A stretch of DNA of 64,000 bases from Macrostomum lignano. Its lineage: Eukaryota. The notes below the pieces were generated by a model. That model was given only the letters and a program-made list of their open reading frames with translations. It had not been told where the DNA came from and did no database searches. Shown piece after piece: positions 12,929-25,119 of the stretch; positions within the stretch are counted from its first letter, which is position 1, and each line of letters begins with the position of its first letter. The DNA is taken from contig NIVC01000109.1 in the NCBI GenBank assembly GCA_002269645.1, forward strand, positions 545,670 through 609,669, read 5' to 3'. Position numbers and translations under genes: made by a program.

Positions 12929-14437
12929 CCAAGACAGACAGACAGACAGACAGACACACGAAAGCACACAAGCAGTCGCACAGTCATTAACCAACTTGTA
13001 TGTTGAGCAAGTGTCCTTAGCAGAATCGATCAGCTCGGCCATATCAGTGAAGCCGACCTCTAGCAGTCTCAGATTGAGTTGTCTGGACAGCGGATCGAAC
13101 GACAGGGCGCCCATGAAGTTGAGGGTGAGGCCGGCCGGAATGACGCTCTCCGTGATGTGAAAATAATCGCCCGAACTGCTGTCGGCCAGGGGCACCCGGT
13201 GGTCGCGCCGGCGCTGGAACAGCCGGCCGAAACCGTTGGCCGACTGGGCCTCCCTGTCCGATGGGGTCAAATCGGGTCAGAGATGTACATGTAGGTATTA
13301 GAAGTGACGAGTTGCCTCACAAAAATAGCTTAGACCAGTCCGAATCAGCTGTCCACACGGTCAATTTGAGATCAAAAGTACAGTTAAGGTCAAAAAACCG
13401 ATTTTAAATGAAGAAGTCAATAAAGGTCAAGGGGACAGTAGAGGTCAATCAGTGAAATTGAGATCTGGTCAATTTTTCAAGGTCTGATTTGAATCAAAAA
13501 GTTTGAGGTCAAGAAGTGAACTGAACAAACTGAACAGTGAGTGAAATAGTGGTCAAAGAGTCAATTTGAAGCGTTTTGTCTGCCCTCTGAAACCACTCTG
13601 GGGCCGTAGAGTCGCATTTGAGGCGTGCTAAAGTCGCTGTAGAGTCACTGAGTGTGTCCCTTCTTAGACGCTCGGGACGCGTGACAGAGCAAGAGTTACC
13701 CTACTGAGTTAGTAGAAAGTTAGGGGCCAACACAACGAATCTTGGTCGATTCTTTCGCGAATCTTTTATGATTCTACAACTCACGTGACGCGCTTGTGAC
13801 GCAACAGTCGCCTCTCTGTTGCATTGGACTTATTTGAGTCGTTAAAAAATTACAAGAGTCGCTAAGAGCCACTAAGAATTGGGTTTGCAATGACTTTTTA
13901 GCGATTCTTGTCACGGTATCGCTTTCAACGGGAAAGGTCAAAATATTCAAATGGTCAGAGGAACAAAAAATCAATCTTTCACATAAAATTCACAAGCCAT
14001 GCGCACCTGAGCTGGACGGTCTCGTCAGCTGGATTGCCAGACCCAAACGGCCAAAGGGCCGATACGGCAAGTCGGCGAATCGCCACCAGCCGGGGCACGC
14101 GGCTCTCTGAGTACAGCAATCGTCGCAGGTTGCCGTCCCGGCTGACCTGGGCGTGCCGCTCCTCGAAGGCGATGCAGCGAAGCCCGTCCCTGGCAACAAC
14201 CTCATCAACAGACTGCGGCGCCAGGGTGCCGCTGAAAGCTACCAGCTCGGGCAGCTCCTTGGCAGTGTCTGGGTAGTCTTTAACTAAACTGGCAACTGGC
14301 TGGCCCTCCGGCACTATCTGGCAGCTCTCCAGGCGCTGCAGTTCGGCCTCGCTGCACCGACTGAGACTGCGGAATAGCAGCCAGAAAGTGCCATCAATAG
14401 CAGCTGCTACTAATAGGCCGGCTATCTCTTCGCTCAT
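12390..14437 (-). CDS. MUL1-like: MUL1/MAPL-like mitochondrial RING E3 ligase, 3 exons (14437-14007, 13253-12996, 12720-12390), ~339 aa
   Basis: Architecture is an N-terminal hydrophobic helix (IAGLLVAAAIDGTFWLLF), a GIDE-like region (HITESVIPAGLTLNFMGALSFD, cf. ETEEMLKVGATLTGVGELVLD), a second TM (LTTLLLLALAA) and a C-terminal C3HC4 RING (CGICFDRPLQVVLVDCGHALCKQCAASVSKCPFC..PLYLP). GT-AG introns have compatible phases, 1020 nt total. Confidence 0.8.
12768..12960. repeat. (GACA)n microsatellite in MUL1-like intron 2
   Basis: Direct reading. It carries the same aaacactaagaca interruption as the 9970-10745 array. Confidence 0.97.
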
Positions 14438-16733
14438 GCTGGACAACAATATCTGCAATCTAAGTTAGTGTGACACTTCACTTAAATCAAAAGCCAGTAT
14501 GTGACATGAACTGGACAAACAAAAAGGAATTTGACATGCAGGCACTGCTGATAAATACACTGACAGTAGGCCTGTACAGCAATATTAGTATGTGTTTCAT
14601 ATTGTATTTGTGAAACATTAATCAAAGTTTTGAATTCTGTTTGTGCACAAAAAATTATACTAAAGAAGCTAGTTGTCATTCAATGGTTATAGAATGAGCT
14701 TATATTGAAGTTATAAGCCCTTTTATTGCTTAAAGAAATAGTTCAATAACTATACTTTCACAAAAAATAGTAAACTATATATAAAGAGGAATAGTAAAAG
14801 AAGTATAATGATCAAAATCAGCATTTTTATTATAAACTATTATTCTTATTGTTATTACTAGAGCATGAAAGTTCTTTAAAAAATAAACCTAATCTTATAA
14901 GTAGTCAAAACATATCAAAACATTACAAGAATAAATGTTGACTAAGGCATAAAATATTTCATTTTATTTTCTCCATAGGTCTATACATCATATTTTCATT
15001 TTATAAAATAAGATTTTAAGGTTTGACAGCAACAAAATCCAGATACTATATATGCAATAGTTTTAGGTCTAACGAAACAATTTCTTAACTAAATTATCAA
15101 TTTTTTTAAATATTTGATTAATCAAGTATCTATGCATTAGTTGATTCACATAAATAATATATTTATAAATAATATATATATAAAGCTATAACCAAAGCAT
15201 GTTTTTAGAATTTATTATTAAATGATTTTATGCCACTTTATTTAAGATATTTATATTTGTAGCTAGAAGGTCCTAATTTATTGGCATATATGCCCAACCT
15301 CAAAATTTCATCCATCCAGTATGACTTAGTTTTGTCCAGATTTGCAACTTAGTTCTTCCTAATTGCAACTTAGTTCCTCTTGATTGCAACTTAGTTCCCC
15401 CAATTGCGACTTAATTTTCCCTTTTATATGTCTTTTCTTGCCTTTTCTCTTTTATTCTCTTTCTTTTTCTCTCTTCTTTTCCCTCTTTCTCCTTCCTCTT
15501 TTCTTTTCTTTTTCTCTTCATTTCCTTTTTTCTTCCCATAACTGTTTGTTTTTTTGCATTTTTGATTTTGTGACTTATCATGGCTGCGGCCATTTTACCT
15601 GTCTGGTTTGGATGTTAGGTGTTGGGCATATATGTTTATTGGCATTGTATACCATTATTATTGCATTAAGGATATTCTAATAGTTCTATTAGAATTAGTT
15701 CATTAAGAAGTATATTGTGATTTATAAATTATAACTCATGCCATGGATCACTTGGTAACATTGTTATATGCCATGCATTCTTTTATTTTGAATAATTTTT
15801 CAAATTGGGAATGAAATTATTGAAGGATTGAAAATGGTAAAATTTATATAAGATTTATAGTAAGGCAAATAATATATATATTTTATATATATATCTATCT
15901 ATATATAAATATTATATATATGTAAGACAACCTATATACCTATAGGAGTCTGTTAGGAGTCTATATTAGTCTTATACTTAGACATACATAGGCCTAGGGG
16001 GCCTAATTTGGCTTCTTACATAAAATTCTTAGAATAGCAAACGCACTGAAATATATAACAAAGGTTGAAAGGTTTATTATAGAAGATCGTTCTAAAACAT
16101 GGAAGTAATTTTATTTCAGTAGGCATAGGCTACACTGGCTTATTTTTTACAACTGCACCATATATACTTCAAACTCGAATAAAGCACGTGTGGAAGGCCT
16201 TCTTTATTTTTACGCGAAAGTAGTAGTAAGTTTGGCTCAGGCAGGAAGCCTGTTTGTTTGGCCAGTATACGTCAGTGTATTTAATAAAATCCAAGAGTAG
16301 AAAATAGCGACGAAATAGAAGTTTATAAAGACGATTTGCCGCGAGTTAGTAGTAGTAAGAGTTAGTTATTGTAAAAGATAAAGTATTTGAAAGCGCGCCA
16401 GAATTTTTACGGTATTTTTGGACGAAAAGTGACGACTAACAACTAACAACGAGTATAAATATTAATACAAAAATGAGTACAAATTACGAGGTATAGCTTT
16501 AATTGCGAGATTACTTTGGTAAGCGAGTTTGTAAAAAAAGATGTAGTATTTTTGAAAGCGCGTGATATTTCAAAGCGTGAAAAAACGAACATAAACAATA
16601 CTTCGGAAGAACTTTACGTTTAACGAATAACGACGATTTAAATAGGGAATTAAAAAAGACAGTAAATGAATAAACAACTGAAAAGCGGATTTGTTACACT
16701 GCTAATGTATCTGATTCAGTTTGTTTAACTGTT

Positions 16734-19700
16734 TTAGCTATTCATGACTTCATATATTTTAGCTACACCAGTGAGTTCTTTTCTGACTCTTTTTTCATTT
16801 GTAGCATATCCTATCTTGTGTATTTGATTGCTATTTAAGAGGTATTGACAGAAGTATTTTTTCCTGATCTCTTCAGTTTGTGGACATTCGGTCAAGTAGT
16901 GTAGAATGTCAGAACCATTTCGCGCTCCACACAATTTACATGGTTCTTGAGAAAAAAAGTTGGGTGTAATCTCGCATTTCAGTTTTAGGAGGGTTGTTAA
17001 GAATTTTTTGTTTCTAAATGTACATGGGAAGTAATCTGAAAGGTCGGGCCTGCAGATTTTTTTGTAGAGATAGGCGTTTTTGTAGAGTTTAATATGTTGC
17101 TGATTCTCTAGCTTTTGGCTAAGTTCTCTTTCTCTGTGTATCTTGAGGTGCTTTTTCACTAGGTATTTCTCGCTATTAAAGCTTTGGGAAAGTTTATCTT
17201 CAGTTAGTGCTTTTAGGTCTATACTTTCTAGTTTCTTTAGTACATTCATTTTCCATGGATTTTTTTGGCCGGTGCTTGAGTAGAAAATTTCTAGAGTCGT
17301 TTGGCAGAGTTTTTTGTGTCTAATCTTCAGCCAGTAGATGAGGTAGGTTTTAGCGATTCGTTGAGAGATTGGAGTAAGATCAAGTTCTGATGATATCACA
17401 CTGTTGCTAGCAAATTTTGGTAGATTGAGGAGATATTTGTAGAATTTCAGCTGAATATTATCAATAGCTTTTGTATCAGACATGGTAGCCAGAGGGCCCA
17501 GAGCTCACAACCGTAAGTGATAACGGGGGTAACAAGCGCGTCAAATAGTCTGCGAATGAGTGTGATGTCTAGGGACGTATTCTTTACCCTATGGAGTAGG
17601 GAAAACATGGCTGTATATCCCTGCTTAGTTTGGTGTTCAATACATTTTTTAAAGCTGTTTTTTGGTTCAAAAATAATTCCCAGGTATTTAAATTCATTTA
17701 CTTCTTCTATTTCTTGGTTGTCGTAGTATATTTTTGTAGCAATGCTAACTGTGTCGTTTTTTTTGTCTGGTATTGCCCTGCATAAACTTTGTTTTGCTTG
17801 CGTTTACTTTCAAGTAATTTTGTTTGCAGTAATTTTCCATAGTCGTAAATGTGTCTTGAAGTTCGTCTTTGTTTTTAGCTAGAATGGCTTGATCGTCTGC
17901 AAAGAGTAGGATGAGTGGGAAAGCAGATCTCGTAAGAGAGCGCCTAGCGCTAGAGAGTTCAAGATATTCAACAATGTCGTCAATATATAGTTCAAAAAGA
18001 ATGGTAGAGAGAGGGTTGCCTTGAAGAACACCTTTAGATATTGGGATTGGCTGGGTTTCATCATCATCATCATCTTTTTTTAGAATGAAGCAGGCATTTT
18101 TATGCATGTTCTTGATAAGTTCCATCATTTGACCTTTAATACCCTGATTATCCGTTTTGCACCAAAGGGTCGGTTGATTTAAGCTATCGAAGGCTTTTTC
18201 ATAGTCAACAAATCCAATAAAGAGTTCTTCTTTGTTGTAGATGGATTGGTTTATAATGTTGTAAAGATTAAAACATTGGTCGATTGTGCTATGATTGGGC
18301 TTGAAACCGTATTGGTATTTTGATATAAGATTGTTTGTGTATGCTAGGTTTTCGAGTCTGGATTTAATAATTTGGCAAAAGAGCTTGCCAAGAATTGGTT
18401 GAATGCAGATTCCTCTGTAATTGTTGGGGTCGGCACTGCTGCCTTTGTTTTTATAAATCGGAAGAAGTGTATTTGTTATCCAACTAGTTGGGAAGGTTCC
18501 TTGTTTGAGTGCTTCGTTGAAAAGTGAGCATAGGAGGTCAGCAAGTTCGTTCTCGAGGTATTTGAGTGTTTCTACATATACTTTATCGTGCCCAGGTGCT
18601 TTGTCGGTTTTGAGCTTTTTGATATGTTTTATAACTTCTTCTTTGGTGAATGGGGCATTGAAATCCTCTAAATCAGCCAGGATAGGGTTGTCAAGATGAA
18701 GATTGTATGATAGTCTAATGCTGCTGTCTTGTTCAGTTACAAGATTTTGAAAGTGTATGACAAATTTTTCATCAATTGTTACTCTGTTGTTTGAGGGATT
18801 TGGTGTTTTTAATAAGTTCCAAAGTTGTTTTGTATCGTTTTGAATAAAGGCCTGGTTGATCATGTTGTCTGCACAGAGAGTTGTTTCAAATTTCCATGAA
18901 GTGAGCTTTTTTTCGTATGCTTTTTTGAGTTGTACTTTGCTTGAGAGGTTGTTGGGAGTAGGGAAGGTTTTATATCTTCTGCAGGCATGTCTAGCAGCGT
19001 TTCTTAAATCTTTAAGGAAGCGAGGCAGTGTTGAGCATAGTGGGTTCTTTATCTCTACTGTGATGTTGTTTTGAATTTGTCTAACTTTTCTACTTAATTC
19101 ATTTATAAAAGCTGGGTTTTGTATGTCTAGATTTGTGATTTTGTCATGCATGTTTTTCAGGTCATTTGCGAAGTTATTGATATGTTTTTCTTGTTGCAGG
19201 TTGGGTTTATGTGACTTTTTTAGGACTCTGTATCTCGTTTTCGAGTTATTGGTTGCTTGTTTAGTTTCTGTGATTTCCTCTGTGAATTCAATTGATAAGG
19301 AGAGCACTATTTGGTTGTGGTCGCTAAAGTAGGTGTGGTTCTTTACTTTAAAGTCTTCGAGGTGTTGGAGTAAGCTGGTAGAGACGAAACAGAGATCTAT
19401 AACAGAGGAACCAGATTTTGAGAGAAAGGTGAATTCACCATTTGTGTCTGATAGTGATCTACCATTGATTAGATGCAGGTTGTATGAGTCAGTAATCTGG
19501 TTAAGTAGTCTACCATTTTTGCAGTTTTTCTTGTCTTGGCTTTGTCTAGTAAGTGAGATGTTTTTTGCTCTGGTGGTATATATTGAATTTAAATCTATGT
19601 ATGAGGTATTGTTTATATGAGCATTGAAGTCTCGGCCAATAAGGAAGATGTTTTCTTCGGAGTGATAAGCATCAAGGAGAATTGTTAGCTGTTCCCAATT

Positions 19701-20340
19701 TTCTTCTTCATAATATTTTGAAGACAGTGGGGGTATATAGGAGTTTATTAAGGTGAAGGTTTTGTTTTTATCCTTTTTGTGTTTAAAATTTAGCGTCAAG
19801 AAGTTTTTATAATGTTTGAATGATTCTGTAACATTGTATTGTGTATCTAGTGACTTTTTGTAAGCTGTCAATAATCCACCAGAAGCTCTGCCAACGAATT
19901 TACAGCCTTTTTTGTTTGCAGGCTTTTGGTATGTTATGTAGTTTTCAGACAGGTTGTTGATTTTGAGTCGCTTGTTTTCATTTTTTGTGTCTATTATCCA
20001 AGTTTCTTGAAAGCAGAGAATATTATTCTTAAAAATTGATTCAGTTTCCAGTAGTTCAAGTTTGGGAATCATCACAGAGTCTTTTATTGTGTAAAGACCA
20101 TTGATATTCCAGCTGCTGATAGTAAATTTTCTTTATCCATTTTTTGGATAATATTGAATTCAAGGAGTTTTGATTTGATATTGTAAGGAATTTTTTTGAT
20201 CTTTTGAGCATTGTTATTTCTAATAGAAATGAGGTACTCTCTAGTGTATTGTATCCGCTTCTCATTTGCTTTGATAATATTTTGACTATTTTGACTATTA
20301 ACTGTTGGGGTATTTAAGTCACAGTTTACAGAGGAAGTTC
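16734..20340 (-). mobile_element. LINE ORF2 (APE endonuclease + reverse transcriptase), CR1/L2 group, frameshifted
   Basis: Endonuclease motifs: WNING, LCFQETW, SGGL, YIPP, DFNAH, NGR, SVIDL, SDHN. RT motifs: APGHD, NYRGI, QYGF, FVDYEKAFDS, GVLQG, LLFADD, FKYLG, YGCELW, QLKFYK, plus a C-terminal CKLC..HYLTEC. Frameshifts near 20125, 17760 and 17490. Confidence 0.93.
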
Positions 20341-21169
20341 AGTAGGTTTTAATGAAGGGAACTCCCCTCTTATAGCCAATTCGGATGTTTTTCTCACCAT
20401 TTTCTTGACGAGTCTTAAGCTCTTTAACAATCTTCTGCTTAAATGCCCGTTCCTTTTCTGTTAAGTCGTTCTCGATCCGAATACGGGAGTAGGCAGAGCC
20501 AGTTTCGCGCAGGTTCCTCAGATTACCGAAGAAGGCCGCTTTGTCGCTATCGTTGACCAGCCGAACAACGAGGGGCCTTGGTCGATTGCTGAGAGGCTGC
20601 TCGCGACCGATCCGCCTGGTGGCGACAATTGGGACAGTTGCGGGGGACACTTTGAGCCCATCCTGCATAAAGTCCTCGAGTTTAGCGTCTTCTTGGAGAC
20701 CAAAAACTATGATGTTATTCTTCTTTATACCGCGCTGCCTGACTTCCTCCACGATTTCATCAAAGCTGATGTCGTAGGTGACAGTTTGCTTCCCACTCTC
20801 AATCGACTCTAGCTCTTCTATGCGTTCTTCGAGGGCCGTCAGCTTGACTTTGATGTCTTTAAGCAGCTCCACGCTGTTAAGAAGCGCGCGGGCATGGGTC
20901 TTGCAATCTCGGCAAGTCCATATGAGTCCATTGTCGCTAGGGCCATTTGCGATGGCGGTGAAAATTGGCTTTGCTAGGCCGGAGCAGGACTGGTGGCACC
21001 AACGGTGACAGCTTTCGCATTGAATGCCTTCGTGCACTTCGTCGTTGCAGGCTAGGCAGCTGCCATCAACAGTCTCTCGCCTTGATTTTGCGTTCGGTGG
21101 AAGGGAGATGCCTGTTGGGGATGCTTCTTGTTCTCCAACGTTGTTCTTTCGTTTGCCTTTTTGTGACAT
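20339..21169 (-). CDS. LINE ORF1 with N-terminal PHD finger, coiled coil and RRM/CTD-like region (276 aa, intact)
   Basis: C4HC3 PHD: CLAC..CESCHRWCHQSC..WTCRDC. Also KKNNIIVFGLQE, RRIGR..RPRPLVVRL and IRIENDLT, which are typical ORF1 motifs of CR1/L2-group LINEs. It lies directly upstream of ORF2. Confidence 0.9.
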   Translation of the reverse strand: MSQKGKRKNNVGEQEASPTGISLPPNAKSRRETVDGSCLACNDEVHEGIQCESCHRWCHQSCSGLAKPIFTAIANGPSDNGLIWTCRDCKTHARALLNSVELLKDIKVKLTALEERIEELESIESGKQTVTYDISFDEIVEEVRQRGIKKNNIIVFGLQEDAKLEDFMQDGLKVSPATVPIVATRRIGREQPLSNRPRPLVVRLVNDSDKAAFFGNLRNLRETGSAYSRIRIENDLTEKERAFKQKIVKELKTRQENGEKNIRIGYKRGVPFIKTY

Positions 21170-22638
21170 TATACAATGTTATACAATATATGAAATGAAA
21201 TTGTGTATCAATCTATCTAAGCAATTTCAAATCTGCGCGTTTCTAAGAAAAATATTTTGTTTTAATGCTCGTATTTCTTGAAATATTTACTGCAATTAAG
21301 CTTTGTTTGAATCAGTCTCAAAATAAATAAACGATAGTTTTCGGTGAGAAAGACCAACCTCGCCAAATGTGGTTTCAGGCACTAATAAAGCTAGCAATTG
21401 ATAAGGAGTGTTCTGAGTAAATTCTTTGAGAATTGAATTAGACTGCTAATTTTAAGTAAAGTGAAGTAGAAGGAACGTGTACCGTATATACTACCGAGTA
21501 GTAAAAAACGAAGTAAAAGGAGACGAATTACATCTCGAAGCAGACTTATAGAACACCGACGAAGGCTGTGACCCTCTAATCTCGGGAACGTCAGGACTAA
21601 AAGAAATACATTCAGTACATATACCAGTAGTAATAACAGTAATACACCGCTCAGGTTGCTTACATATAATGCCACCAGAACTAAGTAAGAATGCTACCAG
21701 TATAAAATAGGAACGCTACCAGTAAAGGATAACATATACTAAGACATACGAGCGTATATACTAAGTATAAGACCGATTCTAAAGACAGTAGATAATTAGC
21801 CCTGTAACTGGTGACAGCGATTGAGATTTAGAGAGAACAAAGGGCATTGTGACAGCTTGGTGGCTTACCGGTGGGATTAGATACAGAAGCATCAGCCCTA
21901 TTACAACTTGGTGGCATTAGTGGAAGTTCATAGGATAGAACAAAGGCCTATTACACACGTTTGGTAGGAATGAAGGATAGAATCCCAATGACGGGCGCTG
22001 TCAAGTATAACATGCATGCATTTGGAACAGATGCTGCTGCTTATACTGCAGGCATACTACAGGCGAGACAAGCAAACTCTGCGCGTTTCTTCCAACTACT
22101 TTGTTGCCGACGCCGGCGCTCTGAATTCGGTCGGCAGCGCGGCCTATGCTTGCGCGCGGGTTTTAAGCACTCTTATTATTTTTCAATTTTTAGTGCTGCA
22201 TTTCGTTGTTCTGAGACGTATTTTTGGTCCTATAAAAACCATAGCATTGCTAGCATTTAATGAATGCATCACAGACACTCGAGCAAAAGTTAATGAATAC
22301 AAGATCATAATAACCAAAAAAATTGCAAACTATTGAAGATGGTTATTAAACGCAAGAAAATGGAGCCTTAGTTTAAAAACTCCCATGTAGATTTTTTGTT
22401 TATGTAAAGTCTAAGTTTTGGTGGCCAAATGATAATTAAAAAGCCATAAGCTAACAGCGATATTTTCATTAAACGTGTTACTTTAAAGATATCAGGCAGC
22501 AATGTCAATGTCAGTCTTTAAAAATTTCATGGAAAATAAAAATACATTTACCATATCTTTACATTCGCCATTTGGCCAACAAATTCGTCATTAAAATCAG
22601 TTCATGAGTCAGATAAAAAGCCAGAATCTTCAACGCTG

Positions 22639-23027
22639 TCAATCTTCACTCGGCTTGCGCCTACCCTCTGGCGGTAAAATATGTTGATTCACAAACCATT
22701 TGCGCTGGGCGGCTATGGCGGCAAGAACCTGAAGTGAAAGTAGAAATTTTTACGACTGATTTTTATATTTACTACTATGAGTAGCTAAAAACTGGTTACA
22801 AAATGAATGCATTGACAATAGAAAATTAGTGACGGATTTACACGCACCTCCTCGGCATTGGCAAGCGAATCGGCATCTTCCTCGATGCTAGCCGGTCTTG
22901 ACAGACGAGCTTCAAAGCCTTCTCCACGGTCGGAATGCCGTTTCTGTGGCAGCGACCGGCCCTGGCAACAAGCAGCCAGGTACAACAGCGAGATCAGAAT
23001 CAAACAACTCGATGTTAACAGTTTCAT
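22639..23027 (-). CDS. Secreted prepropeptide (putative neuropeptide precursor), 2 coding exons (23027-22848, 22728-22639), 89 aa
   Basis: Signal-peptide-like MKLLTSSCLILISLLYLAACCQG, a KR site and an acidic spacer. The phase-0 intron gag|gtgcgt ... ttcacttcag|gtt gives VLAAIAAQ-RK-WFVNQHILPPE-G-RRK-PSED*. An upstream acceptor ttatttag at ~23086 implies a non-coding first exon. Confidence 0.8.
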
Positions 23028-24526
23028 TGCTGTAGATTCAATTTCCAAATACATTGGACACTGGACAGACCAAATATTTATTGGCTAAATAACAAATCGC
23101 ATTTCCTGGATTTGGTGCACGCAAAATTCAGGAGAAGCAGAGAAGCCCCGGACAGAAACCTATCATTAGATGCAAATTGAACAATAGTGAGTTGCTGAGT
23201 GAGCATATTAATGAAAAAAATTGACGAAAGCGCGGTGCGCGAACAAATTTCTGACAAGATAATTACAAGCCTGTCAGCTCAATTGTCATTGTTAACATTG
23301 CCAGAGCTAGTCAAGCCATTCAAGCCAGATATACACTGCTGCTGAAATAGGAATTTTACACCGAGATCAGGCTGTAGGATTCAAAAATATCCTGGATTTC
23401 TTCGGGACACTTAAAGAAATCTGGTCAGTTTGAAAGCAGGAAAAACTTACCTTATTGGCTAATGCAGATACAGTCTAGCAAATGCAGCAGCCCCTACAAT
23501 GCACAGACGAAAAAGGTAGAACATATGAATCAGGAAAAACACAGCAGTTGACATATTTAAAATATTAAATATAGAGTAGAACAGAATCAGATTTGTTTTT
23601 CACGTCAGTGAAATGTTGGACAACTGAGCGGCTAGAAATGTGCACAATCAACAAAAGCCTGCAAGTCTGCATGAGCCACAATTCTATGCAATGTTCGAGT
23701 CAATGTATGGATGCAAGCAATTGCTAGAACTTATTGTACTTGCATTCTCTTCGTAACTCGTTGATTGAAAAAAAAACTGTAAAATTGTCTGTAGCTCACT
23801 AATTGTCTCGAATCTGATGCTGTAAAATAGTAAATGAGACCAGTATTGACTTGCAGACTGGTGCAATGTGCACAACTCTGCTGCATCAAGTGTCAACTCA
23901 GACCTTTTACTCATTCATCATTTATTGAATATTTTAAAAACTTTGCAAACAAATTAGCAATAAAAAGAAATAAATGGCACTAAAAAATAAAAAGCTTACC
24001 ATAAATAAGCCTTTTGACCATCTGGCAACAATCGTTGCATACTCCCAATGTACTACTAATAGTAGAACTAATTAGGACATATTTGCACCTGGAATTTTAT
24101 TTAAACAGAGTTTTATGCCTAGTTTGAAAAACAGTATTTGGATTTCAACAAAAAGCATAAAGTTTGGTATAAATAACACATTTATAGCCTTATCATAAGT
24201 CTTCCAATTTCAGAAAAAACCAAATATAAAACTTACTGTGTTAACTATTAAGTGAATTTAAGCATGCTAGCAGCCAAACACTGGGTAAATTGTCATTGAT
24301 AAATAAGCTATAGAATATATAATTTAGTTTCCCTATATTCCCAAAATTCTGAATTCCCTATATTCCCAATTTAGTTTCCCAAAATTTCCCTTATTTTTAA
24401 CTATAATTGCAACTATATAATGTAAAAAACCTAGCATAAAAGTGTAGATAGACTAATGAACATGAGTATACAATTTCTAGATCTATTATATTAGATTTCT
24501 ATTACTTTGGATAAATATAACAATAT

Positions 24527-25119
24527 TGTGACATTGTCAGTTTATGTAGCCCCACCAAGGGGCCAGGGCCATTTTGACATATGGTACCAATCTTTAATAT
24601 TACTGGTTTTGTATTTTCACGTCTGCTTAAAGTAGTGCCCAAAGAATTTTAATCAGCTGCGTACAATTGTAAACCCTGCATACAGCGTGCGATTGATAAT
24701 TTCTATTCCTATTTTTTTCAGCTGGCCAATAGAAAAGCCACGCATCAATTATAGTAATTTCTCTTACGCGCCACCCCCAGCCCGCTCCTTATCAGTTCTG
24801 TCTGGCCGTGCGCTTGGGGTTTAACCCATATAGACTAGTTCCACTCCTCTCCACTCTGCTCTGCTGCCATGCTTGGGAGCCCTTGTAGACTTGTAGACTC
24901 TTGCCGCCTTTACTTGTTTACTTGCCTTCGCTCTCTCCACCTTGCTCCACCACGGCCTTGGGCCACGCCTCTGCCACTCTCAGCCACGCCACTTCTGCTA
25001 CCTAAGCTATCTAACTTATTGTTGTATAGTTGCCAGTGCATTATTACAAATCCAACTTGTATTTCTGTTGACAATAAACCAAGTCTGCAACCATTGATTG
25101 CTTTAGCATCAACTTAACA
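24527..25119 (+). mobile_element. Candidate solo LTR (593 bp)
   Basis: Begins TGT and ends ACA, with AATAAA ~45 nt before the end. Flanks are aatat/gatat (4 of 5 match, possible TSD). The interior is more GC-rich than the flanks. Confidence 0.4.
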
